A stretch of DNA of 64,000 nt from Octopus vulgaris (taxonomy: Eukaryota). Positions within the stretch are counted from its first letter, which is position 1; each line of letters begins with the position of its first letter. The position numbers were made by a program, and so were the translations under genes. Under the pieces are notes generated by a model that saw only the letters and a program-made list of their open reading frames with translations, was not told where the DNA came from and did no database searches. This document shows, piece by piece, positions 27,404 through 40,155 of this stretch. Location: contig OX597815.1 of assembly GCA_951406725.2 (NCBI GenBank), positions 117,738,001-117,802,000 on the forward strand, given 5' to 3'.

Positions 27404-28227
27404 TGTGTGTGGCGTTTTTCATTTTCATTTATTATTATTTTCTATTGCGTTGCGTATAAGAAACCGCATATAAAACCTCAAAATGGTTAATATCGCTTGA
27501 CTGTGTTTGAGGATGTCTCAAATTATTAATTAGATCTAATCGGGTTTGAATCTGTCTCAGTCAGTAAATATAGAACAGGGAATCCAAGTTTCCAGCAACT
27601 GAAGTAAACAGACACAGAAATTGCTGACATGTTAGCTACGTTGAAAGTTCAAGGCTATTTGTTCTCAACACTTTTGGAACAAATACAGAGAGATATTATC
27701 TAGAAGACAAGTCTCTTTACAGAGAAAAGTTAAGACCAGCAGAAAAATATTGCAAATGTTGTTATGGTTCTTTCTTAACAGTAAACAAGTAGCTTAATTT
27801 CCTTCCTCTCGACTAGGCCATGAATGTTTTTTAAAATATTAGAAAAAACATTGATCGCTGTCACAAGACACGGGATTCAGAAAAGAATAACTAAAAGATA
27901 AATATGTTCTGCTTATGTGGTTTCTTTGTTCAATGTTAGAGTGAAGCAAACAATTTAATCCTCTAGCCTACACTTATTTCAGTCTTTCGAGGCGGCGGAT
28001 GACACAGAGTTGTTAAGAGTATTATAAAAAAAAATGTACGCGGTATTTAGTTACAAAGCTCTACGTTTTACGTTCAAATCCCGCCGAGGACAACTGTGCA
28101 TTTCATCCTTCCGGATCGATAAAATTAGATACAAGCTAATTACTGGGGGCTTCTTCCTAAATACGATTGGAATTCCGATGAAACTTTATCAATCTCTTTT
28201 TTGTGTTGTTAGAATATACTGCAGCGA

Positions 28228-28370
28228 AGGCACGTGGATAGATGGTTTAAGAGTTTTGGGCTATGGTCATAAAGTCGTGGGTTCGATTCCAGGCAGCAAG
28301 ATGTGTCCTGGATCAAGGCACAGCATTTCACGTTGCTCCAGTTTACTCGGCTGAAAATGAATACCATGCA
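28228..28370 (+). mobile_element. CORE-like SINE (family C) 5' part
   Basis: GGTTCGATTCC B-box; CATTTCACGTTGCTCCAGTTTACTCGGCTG. Confidence 0.75.
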
Positions 28371-28382
28371 GAGGCATCTCTT

Positions 28383-28453
<71 letters not shown>

Positions 28454-30097
28454 AATCTATCTTTCCATATGTCACGTCCTCGATATTTCCGCTAGGCCAG
28501 TAGTAGAGTCGACAGTTATATATGTCTGCTCGTAACTACATAGGCCCCTGCAGCAACAGGTGAAACCGTTGTACAATCCACCAAGTTAGATTCACCCGAG
28601 AATGGCGACAAAGCTTTTATTTACAGAAATTTTTGACCAACTGGATGTATTGAATAACCTAATCATTGCGACGGTATTCATGCCTTTACATAATGATATA
28701 AAGGAAGAGAAACAGAAAAGAACCCAGACGTTCATCTAGAACTAGAAGGACAAAAGTTCTATAACGTATCATTTTTCTCCATTTTTCCAATATCTTAACC
28801 ACTTCCATCCGCATTGTCATGTTTTTGAAATTATACAAGTTTTATCTTTCACTATAAAAGGGAGTTGTCAGTGTAATATAAACAATATCTAATTTGCAAC
28901 AAATATGACAAGAATCTGAAATTAACTGAATAAATATAAGAATCAAATAATGTACAGCTAGCACAACTTGAACCAGTTGCACATGATTTTATGTGCGTTC
29001 TTATTAGATCAAATTTTTTTTTATTCGAAATATTTTGCTCCTGCTAAGTGTAGCTGTAAGTACATCGTGACATGTGCTCATTGTAATTTCAGTCAATATC
29101 TTCTATTTTATCTTACTTCTCATGTTTTCGTCTTAATTACATCCTGGTTAGTCTAATTAATTTATTCAACTCAAGAAGAGACTATTGTAAAATGAAATAA
29201 TAAAAACATTTTTATGGAGTAAGTACTTAATTTCTTTCTTCTCTTTTTGCAGTAGCCACACTGCAATCATAAGTGTAATATATTTCACGACTAAAATAGC
29301 AAATTGAATAAAGTGCTTTCTGCATAATTGCTTTAAATTTTGGCACGAGGACAGTTATTTTAGGAGGACGGGGGACGCCAGTCGGTTTCATCGACTCCAG
29401 TACTTGACTGGTACTTTATTTTATCAATCCTGAAAGGAAGCTTGTACATAACTGGTTCAAACTTTGACCCATGTCCAGCTATTTTCGAGAGCAGTGGGGT
29501 TCAGTCGACTACATCAACTCCAGTACTTGACTGTCGTTTTATTTTACCGACCCCGAAAGTTACAATCTAGCAAAATATAGACTCAATACCTCATTCAGAA
29601 ATATGAAATCTAGTTTTAAGTGGAAGACGGTGAATTGACAGAGTCGTTAGAGCATCGAATTGATTATCTCGAGGTATTTGTTCCAGCTTTTTGTGCTCGA
29701 AGTTAGAACTCTGCAGATGTCCTTTTGACATCCATAGAAAGCATTGATTCATGGTGGATGATTGGCGGAACTGCTAGAACGTAGGGAGGCTTGTCTTCCG
29801 GTGGCTATTTTGACTCTTTGTATCGATATTAGTGCAAAGCTGTATCGACAACCTTTCTCTTGGACATCACCGGTAATACGGAGAGAACCGAATTGCATGC
29901 GTAAGCAATTGTTAGTCTTACGCGTGCGCGCACCGCACACAGACACACACACGTTTTGACTAGGCCTACACCTTGAGAGGGAGGAATTTTCCGGGTGCAG
30001 AAATCAAGGGTCAGCTATGATCGGAGAAAGCTGTGTTTCCTGACGTTTGAGATATCAATTACACTGCAATCATAAGTTTAGTATTTTTCACGACTAA

Positions 30098-30680
30098 GGC
30101 GGCGAGCTGGCAGAAACGTTAGCACGCCGGGCGAAATGCTTAGCGGGATTTCGTCTGCTGCTTCTGTCGAGGTTGACTTTGCCTGTCATCCTTTCGAGGT
30201 CGATTAAATACGTACCAGTTACGCACTGGGGTCGGTATAATCGACTTAATCCGTTTCTCTGTCCTTGTTTGTCCCCTCTGTGTGTAGCCCCTTGTGGGTA
30301 GTAAAGAAATAAGAAACGTTAGCTTAGCGGTATTTCGTCTGCCGTTACGTTGTGAGTTCAAATTCCACCGAGGTCGACCTTGCCCTTCATCCTTTCGGGG
30401 GTCGATAGATTAAGTACCAGTTACGCACTAGGGTCGATGTAATCAACTTAATACCTTTGTCTGTCTTTGTTTTTCCCCTCTATGTTTAGCCCCTTGTGGG
30501 TAATAAAGAAATAGGTATTTCGTCTGTCTCTAGGTTCTGAGTTCAAATTCCGCCGAGGTCGACTTTGCCTCTCATCCTTTCGGGGTCGATAAATTAAGTA
30601 CCAGTTGCATATTGTGATCGATCTAATCGACTGTCCCCCTCCCCAAAAATTTTGGGCCTTGTGCCTAGAGTAGAAAAGAA
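30098..30680 (+). mobile_element. SINE family A trimer
   Basis: One head and three body modules; perfect 16-bp TSD TATTTTTCACGACTAA at 30082-30097 and 30681-30696. Confidence 0.92.
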
Positions 30681-30734
30681 TATTTTTCACGACTAAAATA
30701 GCAAATGTGTATGTATGTATGTATTTATGTATGT

Positions 30735-31141
30735 GCATATTTGTATGCTTTATGTATGTATACTCATGCATATAGTTGTATATCTAGACATGATCATATA
30801 TATTTAAATGATAAACTTCTAGAAAGTTTTACAGATTTTTACAGTTCCATTGATGGATTAGGCCTATAGTTTTCGAATTAGCCTTCTCTTTTCTGATTTT
30901 GAGAAGCCTAATTTGTCAAGATTGGCAGTGTGTTACATATACTAGGGCCCCAATAATTATAGGTATAAACCCTAACTTGTAATCTGGATAGAGTAACTGC
31001 ATATTTCTCAATAATTCAGCGTAGGTGTTCTATTTTTCATTTATCTTCAACTTTATGTTAACAACCCTGGGCAGCTAATTTCCATAACTGTACATAGTTT
31101 CTCTTCTCAATCCCAAATCTTTATATCAGGCCTGTTGGGCT
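30735..31141 (-). mobile_element. 3' fragment of an RLE-type (R4/Dong-like) non-LTR retrotransposon within (TACA)n
   Basis: Minus-strand translation PNRPDIKIWD*EEKLCTVMEISCP...TYAELLRNMQLLYPDYKLGFIPIIIGAL; (ATGT)n on both flanks. Confidence 0.8.
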
Positions 31142-31159
31142 TACATTTTATTGAGGTCT

Positions 31160-31425
31160 TTTATGTATGTATGTAATTTTATGTATGTATGTATGTATGT
31201 ATGTATGTATGTATGTATGTATGTATGTATGCATGCATGCATGTATGTATGTATGTATGTATGTATGTATGTATGTATGTATGTATGTATGTATGTATGT
31301 ATGTATGTATGCATGTATGTATGCATGCATATATGTATGTATGTATTATGTATGTATGTATGTATGTATGTATGTATGTATGTATGTATGTATGCATGTA
31401 TGTATGCATGCATATATGTATGTAA
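31160..31425. repeat. (TATG)n microsatellite
   Basis: Direct inspection. Confidence 0.95.
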
Positions 31426-32064
31426 GTATTCTCGGTTCAGCATTCAATGAATTATTATTGTCATCTCACTAAAGCTATACCAAATAATGATGGTTATGAT
31501 GATGGGAATGAGGCTAAGGCACATAAGGATGACATCAGGAGGAAATGTATTATGATGATGATGATGATGAGGCGGAGAAGGGGTAGAATGAGGATGAGGA
31601 GTATGACTGTGTTATGTATTTATAACTGCACTGTCACTAGCACATAATGTCGTGTAAAATTCCTGATGTCAATAATGCTATTCTCACTAACACTATCCTT
31701 GTTGTCATCGACATCGTATCACCTTCATCCTCCTCCACTTCTTCCTCCTCCACCTCCTCCTCATCATTGTCATCATCAACGTCGTTATTTGCATCAGAAT
31801 CGTTTCTGTCATCGTTGTTGCAGTCATTGACGACATTTTCCCATTGTTCTTGTTACTCACAACCACCTTCGACCTTAGTCCCAACTATTTTTAAGGCCAA
31901 AGTATACTGTTCACATAATGGAAATTTAATTGCGGAATAGTTTTGATTTAATAGCGACAATCTAGATTTCTCATTAACCTTGAATGTTTCGAAAAAAAAA
32001 AAAAAGAAGCGAATTACACCACCCCGCACACATACGAATAAATATTATGGCACATTAAATTATG

Positions 32065-32647
32065 CGGCAAGCGTGACTGTCTGGTAAGAAATTTGCTTCC
32101 CATCGACATGGTTCCGTGTTCAATTCTACTGCGAGGCACCTTCGTCAAATATCTTCTACTATAACCTCTGGACCTACCACAGCCTTGTAAGTGGATTTGG
32201 TGGACGGAAAGTAAACGAAGCCCTTCGTGTATATATATATATATATAGCGCAGGAGTGGCTGTGTGGTAAGTAGCTTGCTTACCAACCACATGGTTCCAG
32301 GTTCAGTCCCTGGGCAAGTGTCCTCTACTAGAGCCTCGGGCCGACCAAAGCCTTGTGAGTGGATTTGTAGACGGAAACTGAAAGAAGCCCGTCGTATATA
32401 TGTATATATATATATGTGTGTGTGCGTGTGTGTTTGCGTGTCTGTGTTTGTCCCCCTAGCATTGCTTGACAATCGATGCTGGTGTGTCTATGTCTCCGTC
32501 TCTTAGCGGTTCGGCAAAAGAGACCGATGGAATAAGTACTGGGCTTACAAAGAATAAGTCCCGGGGTCGAGTTGCTCGACTAAAGGCGGTGCTCCAGCAT
32601 GGCCGCAGTCAAATGACTGAAACAAGTAAAAGAGTATATATATATAT

Positions 32648-32682
<35 letters not shown>

Positions 32683-32830
32683 ACGGCCTTGTAACTTGGC
32701 TCCGATAGAACGATAGAATAAGTATCAAGCTTTAAAAAAAAAATTACTCGGGTTGATTTGTTAAACTGAACTCTTCAAGGCAGTGCCCCAGCATGGCTGC
32801 AGTCCAATGAGTGAAACAAGTAAAAGATAA
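32065..32830 (+). mobile_element. Nested SINE family B: a younger full copy (32248-32634) inside the internal microsatellite of an older copy (head 32065-32230, tail 32680-32830)
   Basis: Order is head-(TA)n-[head-microsatellite-tail]-(TA/TG)n-tail. Confidence 0.8.
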
Positions 32831-33009
32831 AATGGAAGATAGTTCATTATAGTCATACAAATATGCTTTGCCCTGGAAGATGTTTTCCAGATATAGACAC
32901 AATACAGTCGAATTTTAGAGTAGAATTAAATATCGCATTTTCACAAGCAATTTCTTATTGTTAATCGTATTTCGTTGAATCTTGCAAACGCTCCATTCTT
33001 GGTTCTGGT

Positions 33010-33225
33010 TTTATTCTTTTACTTGCTTCAGTCATGACTGCAGCTATGCTGGGGCACCGTCTTAAAGGGATTTTAGTCGAAGAAATCGACACCAGGACTT
33101 ATTCTTTGTAAGCCTAGTACTAATTCTATTGGTTCTTTTTGCCGAAGCGCTAAGTCATTGGAACGTAAACACATCAACATCGGTTGTCAAGCGATGGTGG
33201 GAAGACACACACATATGCACACACA

Positions 33226-33265
<40 letters not shown>

Positions 33266-33411
33266 CACACTGCGAGCGTCTCTCAGTTTCCTTCTACCAA
33301 AATCCATTCACAAGGCTTTAGTCGACCCGAGACTATAGTAGAAGAGTGGGACTGAACCCAGAACCATGTGGTTTGGAAGCAAGCTTCTTATCAAACAGCC
33401 ACGTCTGCGCC
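33010..33411 (-). mobile_element. SINE family B
   Basis: Reverse complement of family B head and tail. Confidence 0.85.
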
Positions 33412-33822
33412 TTTGTCAGATTTTATCAGAACTTCATATTCAAGTTGGTTTGATGTCCTCATTCATAATCACAAGAATCATCCTTTAATTTCACCTTCGT
33501 TAAAATTTTCGAGAGAATTATTTTAGTTTGTTAATAATTGGTCACTGTTGTTGTGCTGCTCCAGTTTGAACGAGATTAAGTAGATCTAAACTATCCTAGA
33601 TCTTAGACAGATCTAGGATGATTTTTATCTAACATGTCCTTCCTTTTTAAGACTGTCAGGTTTGAATTGTGAGAGATTTGGCTACTACTTCTAGCAAATA
33701 GAGCGATCACGTTGAGGTTATCTCGCTGACTCTAACAGTTGGGAGATAAGGTAATTGATAAATATGGTAAGTACTATAATAATACTGCTTGTAACAACGT
33801 TCCACAACGCCTGGGTCACGGC

Positions 33823-34190
33823 GTCCCCAAAGTCCATCCCCTCTTCACCGTGGTGGGGACGCTGGCAACGGGTAGTGTCAGAGCTATGCCATCGGGAACT
33901 TCGGTTTCTGGTAGGGCCACCCAAGGCGGATTGGTCTGACACCGAGTGGTATTAGGGCCACAACCCGGCAAACGGGGCTCTGGTGAAAATCCTCGGTGTG
34001 TCTGCTTCGGCAACCGGCGGCTCCTCGGTCGTTCTGTCCCTGCGTCTGCGGACAATCTGCGACAAACAGGATGTCCCCACATGCGGGATTGTTGTGAAAT
34101 CCACATATTCCCACGAAACTTCTTCCATGAGTAGAAGAAGCTGACTCAACCCGCCCAGGGTAAATGTCGCCACAAGTACAAGTAAGTACA
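33823..34190 (+). mobile_element. Bipartite non-autonomous RTE-derived retroposon
   Basis: 11-bp TSD TGGGTCACGGC at 33812-33822 and 34191-34201; 5' part CCGTGGTG...GAGCTATGCC...TGGTAGGGCCACCCAAGGCGG..GGTC resembles RTE (Expander/BovB-type) 5' UTRs; (AAGT/AAGTAC) tail. Confidence 0.8.
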
Positions 34191-34802
34191 TGGGTCACGG
34201 CCTAAATTGTGTCTTAGAAGAATTTCTGGAAGAGTCACAGAAAGAAATATTTGATAAAATGTAAAATATTCTTCAATTTGTTACATAACTATAAGCATTG
34301 AGAGCGCAATATCACATTTACAGAAAAAATTGAGTAATGTTTTTGCCAGAAAAATATCAAACGGCAAGTGCTCCCCACACTTTTACTTACAACACTAAAA
34401 TGGCATTTCGGTAACAACACATTTCTCAGAACTTTTTGTTAATTTTTCTCTTTTATTTGGAATGGGGAATATACCCGAAGTGTTATAGGATCATTAAACA
34501 ATCTATGTAAGGTAATACAATATATTTCCTTTAATTTTTCTTTTCATTTGTTTGCATCACCTTACGTATTTGCCTAATTTTTCACTTACATTGTTCTAAG
34601 GATTTTATCGAACATATCCTTTTGCATCCTTTACACATAACAATGCGCCGGACAAATTGTAATACTCTTTCATTTAAATATTTTTAAAGGGTCATGATGC
34701 ATTATTTTTTTTTCCAAAATGGGTCGCAATCATAAACAGTTAGGTATCTAGCTTGTATACTTTATGGTACGATAACGCTCAATAACTATTGTAGTTTATA
34801 TA

Positions 34803-35041
34803 CAGGGTTGGCTAAAAATCACCCGACAGTATATCAAAATTCCATAAAAACTTAATATTCAATTTTATTTATTCATTCCAATTATGAATGCTTAATAATT
34901 GAGTGCTGCGAGTTAAAATCACTGTTTTTTTTTTTAATATTTGTCTATTTATTAGCAAAGTCTCATATAAAATAATTTTTTGTTTTAATCTTGGAATTAA
35001 ATGGTTTTGATTTACTGTCAGGTGACTTTTAACCAATTCCG
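34803..35041. mobile_element. Tc1/mariner-type MITE
   Basis: TA-CAGGGTTGGCTAAAAATCACCCGACAGTA...TACTGTCAGGTGACTTTTAACCAATTCCG-TA imperfect TIRs with TA flanks. Confidence 0.8.
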
Positions 35042-36385
35042 TATATTTACTTAGCTAACTGAAACCAATCTCGACGATTAACTTAACCTGCTATGTGTAG
35101 GCATGCATTAATGTACTGCTAGTGTGTAGATATACCACAGCCTTTTTAAAGTCACAAACATTTGAATTGGTTCTTTATACGATCTTTAATGTCGGAAACA
35201 ATTACTAAAGTAAACTAGACTATGTGGTTGTAGCCTGATTCATATCAACTTTACACATATTACTTAGTGTTAGCGAGCATGTGGGAAACCTATCACTTAA
35301 AGCACTCCATGGAAACTAATTATGGCCGGCCGTTTCTAATGGGTGTAAACGGAACGATATTTCCGAAGTTTGCGTTCATTTAGAATAATATTATCTCTAT
35401 TAAATTTGCAACATTCTCTAGGAAATGTTACTCTCAAAGTGACATTAATTTCTCTCTTTTAACAATAACTACTTAAATTATTCATATAAAATGTCCTTCC
35501 CGCTTGCCAAGCATACAATTTGTTACATGCCAAATAGAATCTATTTGGACACACCTCTTCTTCAGCTCTGGTAAGCACATAATGAAGAAGAAACTAATTT
35601 AAATAATAATCAACAAAAACAATTTTTCTAGTTTTTCTGGTTCTTTTCAGTTAATCGATGCTGCAAGATACGGAATTAACATACATCCAGTTTTTCTGTT
35701 TCATTTTATGCCACAAAGATAAATGACACCACTTTCTCATCTATTATACCGAAGCTCTGAAACGCGTGCGCGCGCAGACACACACACAGGCGCACACATA
35801 CACACAGAGACACACACACACACACTAAATAAATAAATAAATAAAATCAAGCTGCTTGATTTAAATCGTGGAGATAAATGATTCTGTTGTTACTGGAGGC
35901 AGTATATAGCTTAATATAATCAATCTAAAACAATGCTGTCTGCTTAAGTTTACGTTTCTGACATTTACCCTTTTCATAATGAGTGTTTCGAATAAATATA
36001 AAATCGGTATTATATATCTAATTCTCCAGGAAGCCTGTGGCTGTTTTTATTGTCTTTGCTTTTAAACTCTTATATTTGCAGTTACGACTACATCTCGTGG
36101 AAATGTTTCATGAATCCATGAAGTTATTTCATTAAGTTCACCAACGCTACTTTGAATGCATATATTCATATATTCACTCTAGATACTTGCTTTCTTCAAC
36201 AAAAACACACTCTTCACGATGTTCTTGAACAAATATAGACAAAAGCCCTCTAATAATTTTTCGACCTTAAACCTCTACTTATTTTACAACACTTCGTTTA
36301 CGTGTTATGAAAGCAGAAAGAGGGAAGGGGTTCGTGTTTAATCAGGAAAGATGGCGAAATACGTATCGATAGCGACAGAAAAAAA

Positions 36386-36705
36386 GGTGCGTGGCTTAGT
36401 GGTTAGGATATTCGGCTCACGATAGTAAGGTCACGAGTTCAATTCCCGGCGACGCGTTGTGTGCTTGAGCACGACACTTTATTTCACGTTGCTTCAGTTC
36501 ACTCAGCTGGCAAAAATGAGTTGTACCTGTATTTCAAAAGGCCAACCTTGGCATATTCTGTGTCACGCTGAATCTCCCTGAGAATTACATTAAGGGTACT
36601 CGTGTCTGTGGAGTGATCAACCACTTGCACGTTAATTTCACGAGCAGGCTGTTCCGTTGATCGGATCGATTGGAACCTATGTAATCGTAAGCGACGTAGT
36701 GCCAA
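36386..36705 (+). mobile_element. CORE-like SINE (family C, tail type 2)
   Basis: GTGGCTTAGTGGTTAGG...GAGTTCAATTCCC head; CORE-like block; tail unrelated to that of 5502-5808. Confidence 0.85.
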
Positions 36706-37693
36706 TATAGTAACAGAAAGACGAAATCTCTCACTCTTTTCTTTTCTTTATTCCCTATATCACTTCCTTGCTCTCGTAATACTCCCCCCTCTCTTTCTCT
36801 CTACCCTCCTCTCTCCCACACGGGCAGTTGTATGTCATCCATTTAATGTTTAAGCCGAAATTATCCGGGAAGAACCGAAATATTCCCACCTTTCCCATTT
36901 TAAGCATATGATAAGTTTTTTATATCGAAAATATTTAAAGATCTCAGATAAGTAAATGAACTAACGGCAAGTATATTCTCAGCTTTTCATGACCACCAAC
37001 AAAACTATAAGATCAATATTTACACCAAGAAATATCAACCAATAGCATAAGCAATAAGCTATTGGATCGTATTTCAGAAGAGTCACAAATATACATCTAT
37101 AGATTCTGTTCCAGACGCTGCAAAATTATATCAGCCATTCTACTCGTTGAAGCTTCGTAGGGCTTCCACCACATCAATTTCTGTGAAAAATACGAGCCAC
37201 TGTCTTGCTCCTATGAAATCTTGATTAGCCTTAGATACTTGACTGGTGGTTAAAATATTAATGCTTCTTATTACTCAGGCTACAACACAGATTGATTGTT
37301 TCAAGACAGAAGATGTTTTCATACCCTAAATACCAATGATGCTATCTGACTAAGAAATATTTTCAGTATTTAAAAATTTGCAGTTTCTAATTCAATTCAG
37401 CTTTGCTATGTCGATTCATAAATTTCAGGCAAACTCTCTGTTTTGGGCAACAACTGATCGAAAATTGCTTTTCTCATGGACATCTGTATAGTGTGTGTCA
37501 AGAGCTGAACACCAACGCATTCTTTTTGTTTATATACCTTCCTGGAAAACGTGCATCACTAATCTTAAGAAAGTTTTGGTTTTACACGAGAACAAATAAG
37601 GCAACTAAGAGGTAACAGGAAATCCGATAAAGAAACGTCTACATATCTCGGCCTGGTTGAAATTGTCCAGAAATCGCACGCTTCTGACTCCTG

Positions 37694-37743
<50 letters not shown>

Positions 37744-37766
37744 TATTTTAAGCAGCAGAAAAATCA

Positions 37767-37818
37767 ACAAAATCTGTTACTCTGAGTTTCTCGTTGCCGT
37801 TCATCAGACAGTTTTTGC
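37767..37818 (-). ncRNA. Minimal type I hammerhead ribozyme (sense to the PLE ORF)
   Basis: Exact reverse complement of 40156-40207. Confidence 0.8.
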
Positions 37819-38822
37819 TAGAATGGAACATATATATTAATTCAATCTATACTCTTACAAACGCTACACCTTTAAAAAGAAATGGACTTGTTTGATTGGC
37901 CCTTTAGAAAAAAACGGTCAATCTTCGAGCGATAAACAAAAAGGTCAAAAATATATGTATATATATATAAAAACTTATAAAAATTATAAAATCCGAGGAA
38001 AATACCGAGGAAAAAAACCTGTTGCCGTTAATGAAGACAGTACAAATTAATGCATAGAAATTAAACCTGTTATAAATACTGCAATACATATTTATATTAA
38101 AATCCACATATATATATCAACATACACAAAAGGATGCGCGTAAACGCCATACATACATATACAGACGTATGAATATGAATCTAAATTATACACATAAAAG
38201 CATGTGTACATATATTCACGCAAACCGTCTCGCACGCAAGCTAAAATTCATCTATGTAGCAATTCTCATATACTGAGCAAGGAGGGGGAACGAAAGAAAG
38301 GGAAAGAGAGAAAAAGGAACGGAGGAGGGGTGGGGAAAAAAATTTGTAGCGATGTTATTTGGCATCTATAGAGGCCTGTATACATACACAAGTTTGAATT
38401 GATACATATACATACCGTCGTGTATATGTGTGCTTAAGCACAAGCATACTTTCACTCACACATACACAGATACGCATGCTTACAAATACATATGCTTTGC
38501 TATACACAAACTTATATAAACATTCTAAATTTGACAACATTGCTTTTTTATAAAAAAACATTGCTTTTAAAAAATGGGTGCATTAATAAAAATATATACG
38601 AAGGACCTATAAAATAAAATATAACATCCTATTTTGGGTCATTTATAAATAATCAAGGTAATATAAATAATCAAGGTAATCTTATGCAATACAATAACAT
38701 GAAAACAAAGTTTGTAGGTTTTCCTAATATATATGTAGAAACAATAAGACTTTGCTATAGGTCCGTTGTAGCGCTCAAGAGTCAAAATCAAAATCAAAAA
38801 ATCAAAATACAAAATATATACT

Positions 38823-39416
38823 CTATCCATATGGTATATTTATATTCGACATTTTAAATTTAGCCTTGTGCCTACATAAGTTCATTAATTCACTTCTTTG
38901 ATTCAAAGAATTATTGTCTTTGAATAATATATGCATTTTTTCTAATAAGCAAAGCCTGCACTTGAAATTATATTTGTAAGCTCCATGCCTGTATGGTGCC
39001 GCCCTGTCCAGAATGCTCCATGTCACGTTGAAAGGTGGGGCTTCCTTTTCTTTTAGTTCCCAGACATATTTTGCTAGGCTGGTTTTCTTTCTATTCTCTG
39101 GGTATTTAAAAGAATTCTTATGAGAATAAAATCTTGTTTTAAATGAATTTTCTGAAGCCCCTGTGTATGTCTTGTATTCCGATGAGCCTTCCACTTGCAC
39201 CTTGGCTCTATAAACTACTCCTTTCACTAGACATTTCCCTTCTAACGGACAGGAGCTTTCGTTTTTGAAATTACATTTCTTAATGGGCTCGGCACCATGT
39301 CTAATCTCAATTAGCTTCCTATTATGTTGGCTAATGTAAGAGGCGAAATTTCTGCAACAAGAATAGCTAACCTTCAGGGTTCTTCTTTTATTAATGCACC
39401 CATTTTTTAAAAGCAA
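38823..39416 (-). CDS. PLE C-terminal GIY-YIG endonuclease with Cys-rich linker (truncated; RT absent; tentatively Nematis-like)
   Basis: KVSYSC...CNFxxxxxCPLEGKC linker, GVVY...YTG, FKTRFYSH, CRLCLLEK, LNQRSEL...CRH. The first ~10 codons come from the inverted arm. Confidence 0.88.
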   Translation of the reverse strand: MLLKNGCINKRRTLKVSYSCCRNFASYISQHNRKLIEIRHGAEPIKKCNFKNESSCPLEGKCLVKGVVYRAKVQVEGSSEYKTYTGASENSFKTRFYSHKNSFKYPENRKKTSLAKYVWELKEKEAPPFNVTWSILDRAAPYRHGAYKYNFKCRLCLLEKMHILFKDNNSLNQRSELMNLCRHKAKFKMSNINIPYG

Positions 39417-40155
39417 TGTTTTTTTATAAAAAAAGCAATGTTGTCAAATTTAGAATGTTTATATAAGTTTGTGTATAGCAAAGCATATGTATTTGTAAGC
39501 ATGCGTATCTGTGTATGTGTGAGTGAAAGTATGCTTGTGCTTAAGCACACATATACACGACGGTATGTATATGTATCAATTCAAACTTGTGTATGTATAC
39601 AGGCCTCTATAGATGCCAAATAACATCGCTACAAATTTTTTCCCCACTCCTCCTCCGTTCCTTTTTCTCTCTTTCCCTTTCTTTCGTTCCCCCTCCTTGC
39701 TCAGTATATGAGAATTGCTACATAGATGAATTTTAGCTTGCGTGCGAGACGGTTTGCGTGAATATATGTACACATGCTTTTATGTGTATAATTTAGATTC
39801 ATATTCATACGTCTGTATATGTATGTATGGCGTTTACGCGCATCCTTTTGTGTATGTTGATATATATATGTGGATTTTAATATAAATATGTATTGCAGTA
39901 TTTATAACAGGTTTAATTTCTATGCATTAATTTGTACTGTCTTCATTAACGGCAACAGGTTTTTTCCTCGTATTTTCCTCGGATTTTATAATTTTTATAA
40001 GTTTTTATATATATATACATATATTTTTGACCTTTTTGTTTATCGCTCGAAGATTGACCGTTTTTTCTAAAGGGCCAATCAAACAAGTCCATTTCTTTTT
40101 AAAGGTGTAGCGTTTGTAAGAGTATAGATTGAATTAATATATATGTTCCATTCTA

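Noticed and set aside
25915-30680. CRISPR-like repeated palindromic GTCGAC modules
   Set aside because: Modules are ~170-190 bp SINE bodies with no unique spacers or cas genes; eukaryotic context
31480-31860. (GAT)-rich tract followed by a (TCA)-rich tract resembling an inverted repeat or Ser-rich exon
   Set aside because: Low-complexity decayed microsatellites without specific pairing
33819-33910. HDV-like ribozyme at the 5' end of the RTE derivative
   Set aside because: A P1-like helix exists (partly using TSD bases), but no convincing P2/P3 nested pseudoknot could be built by eye
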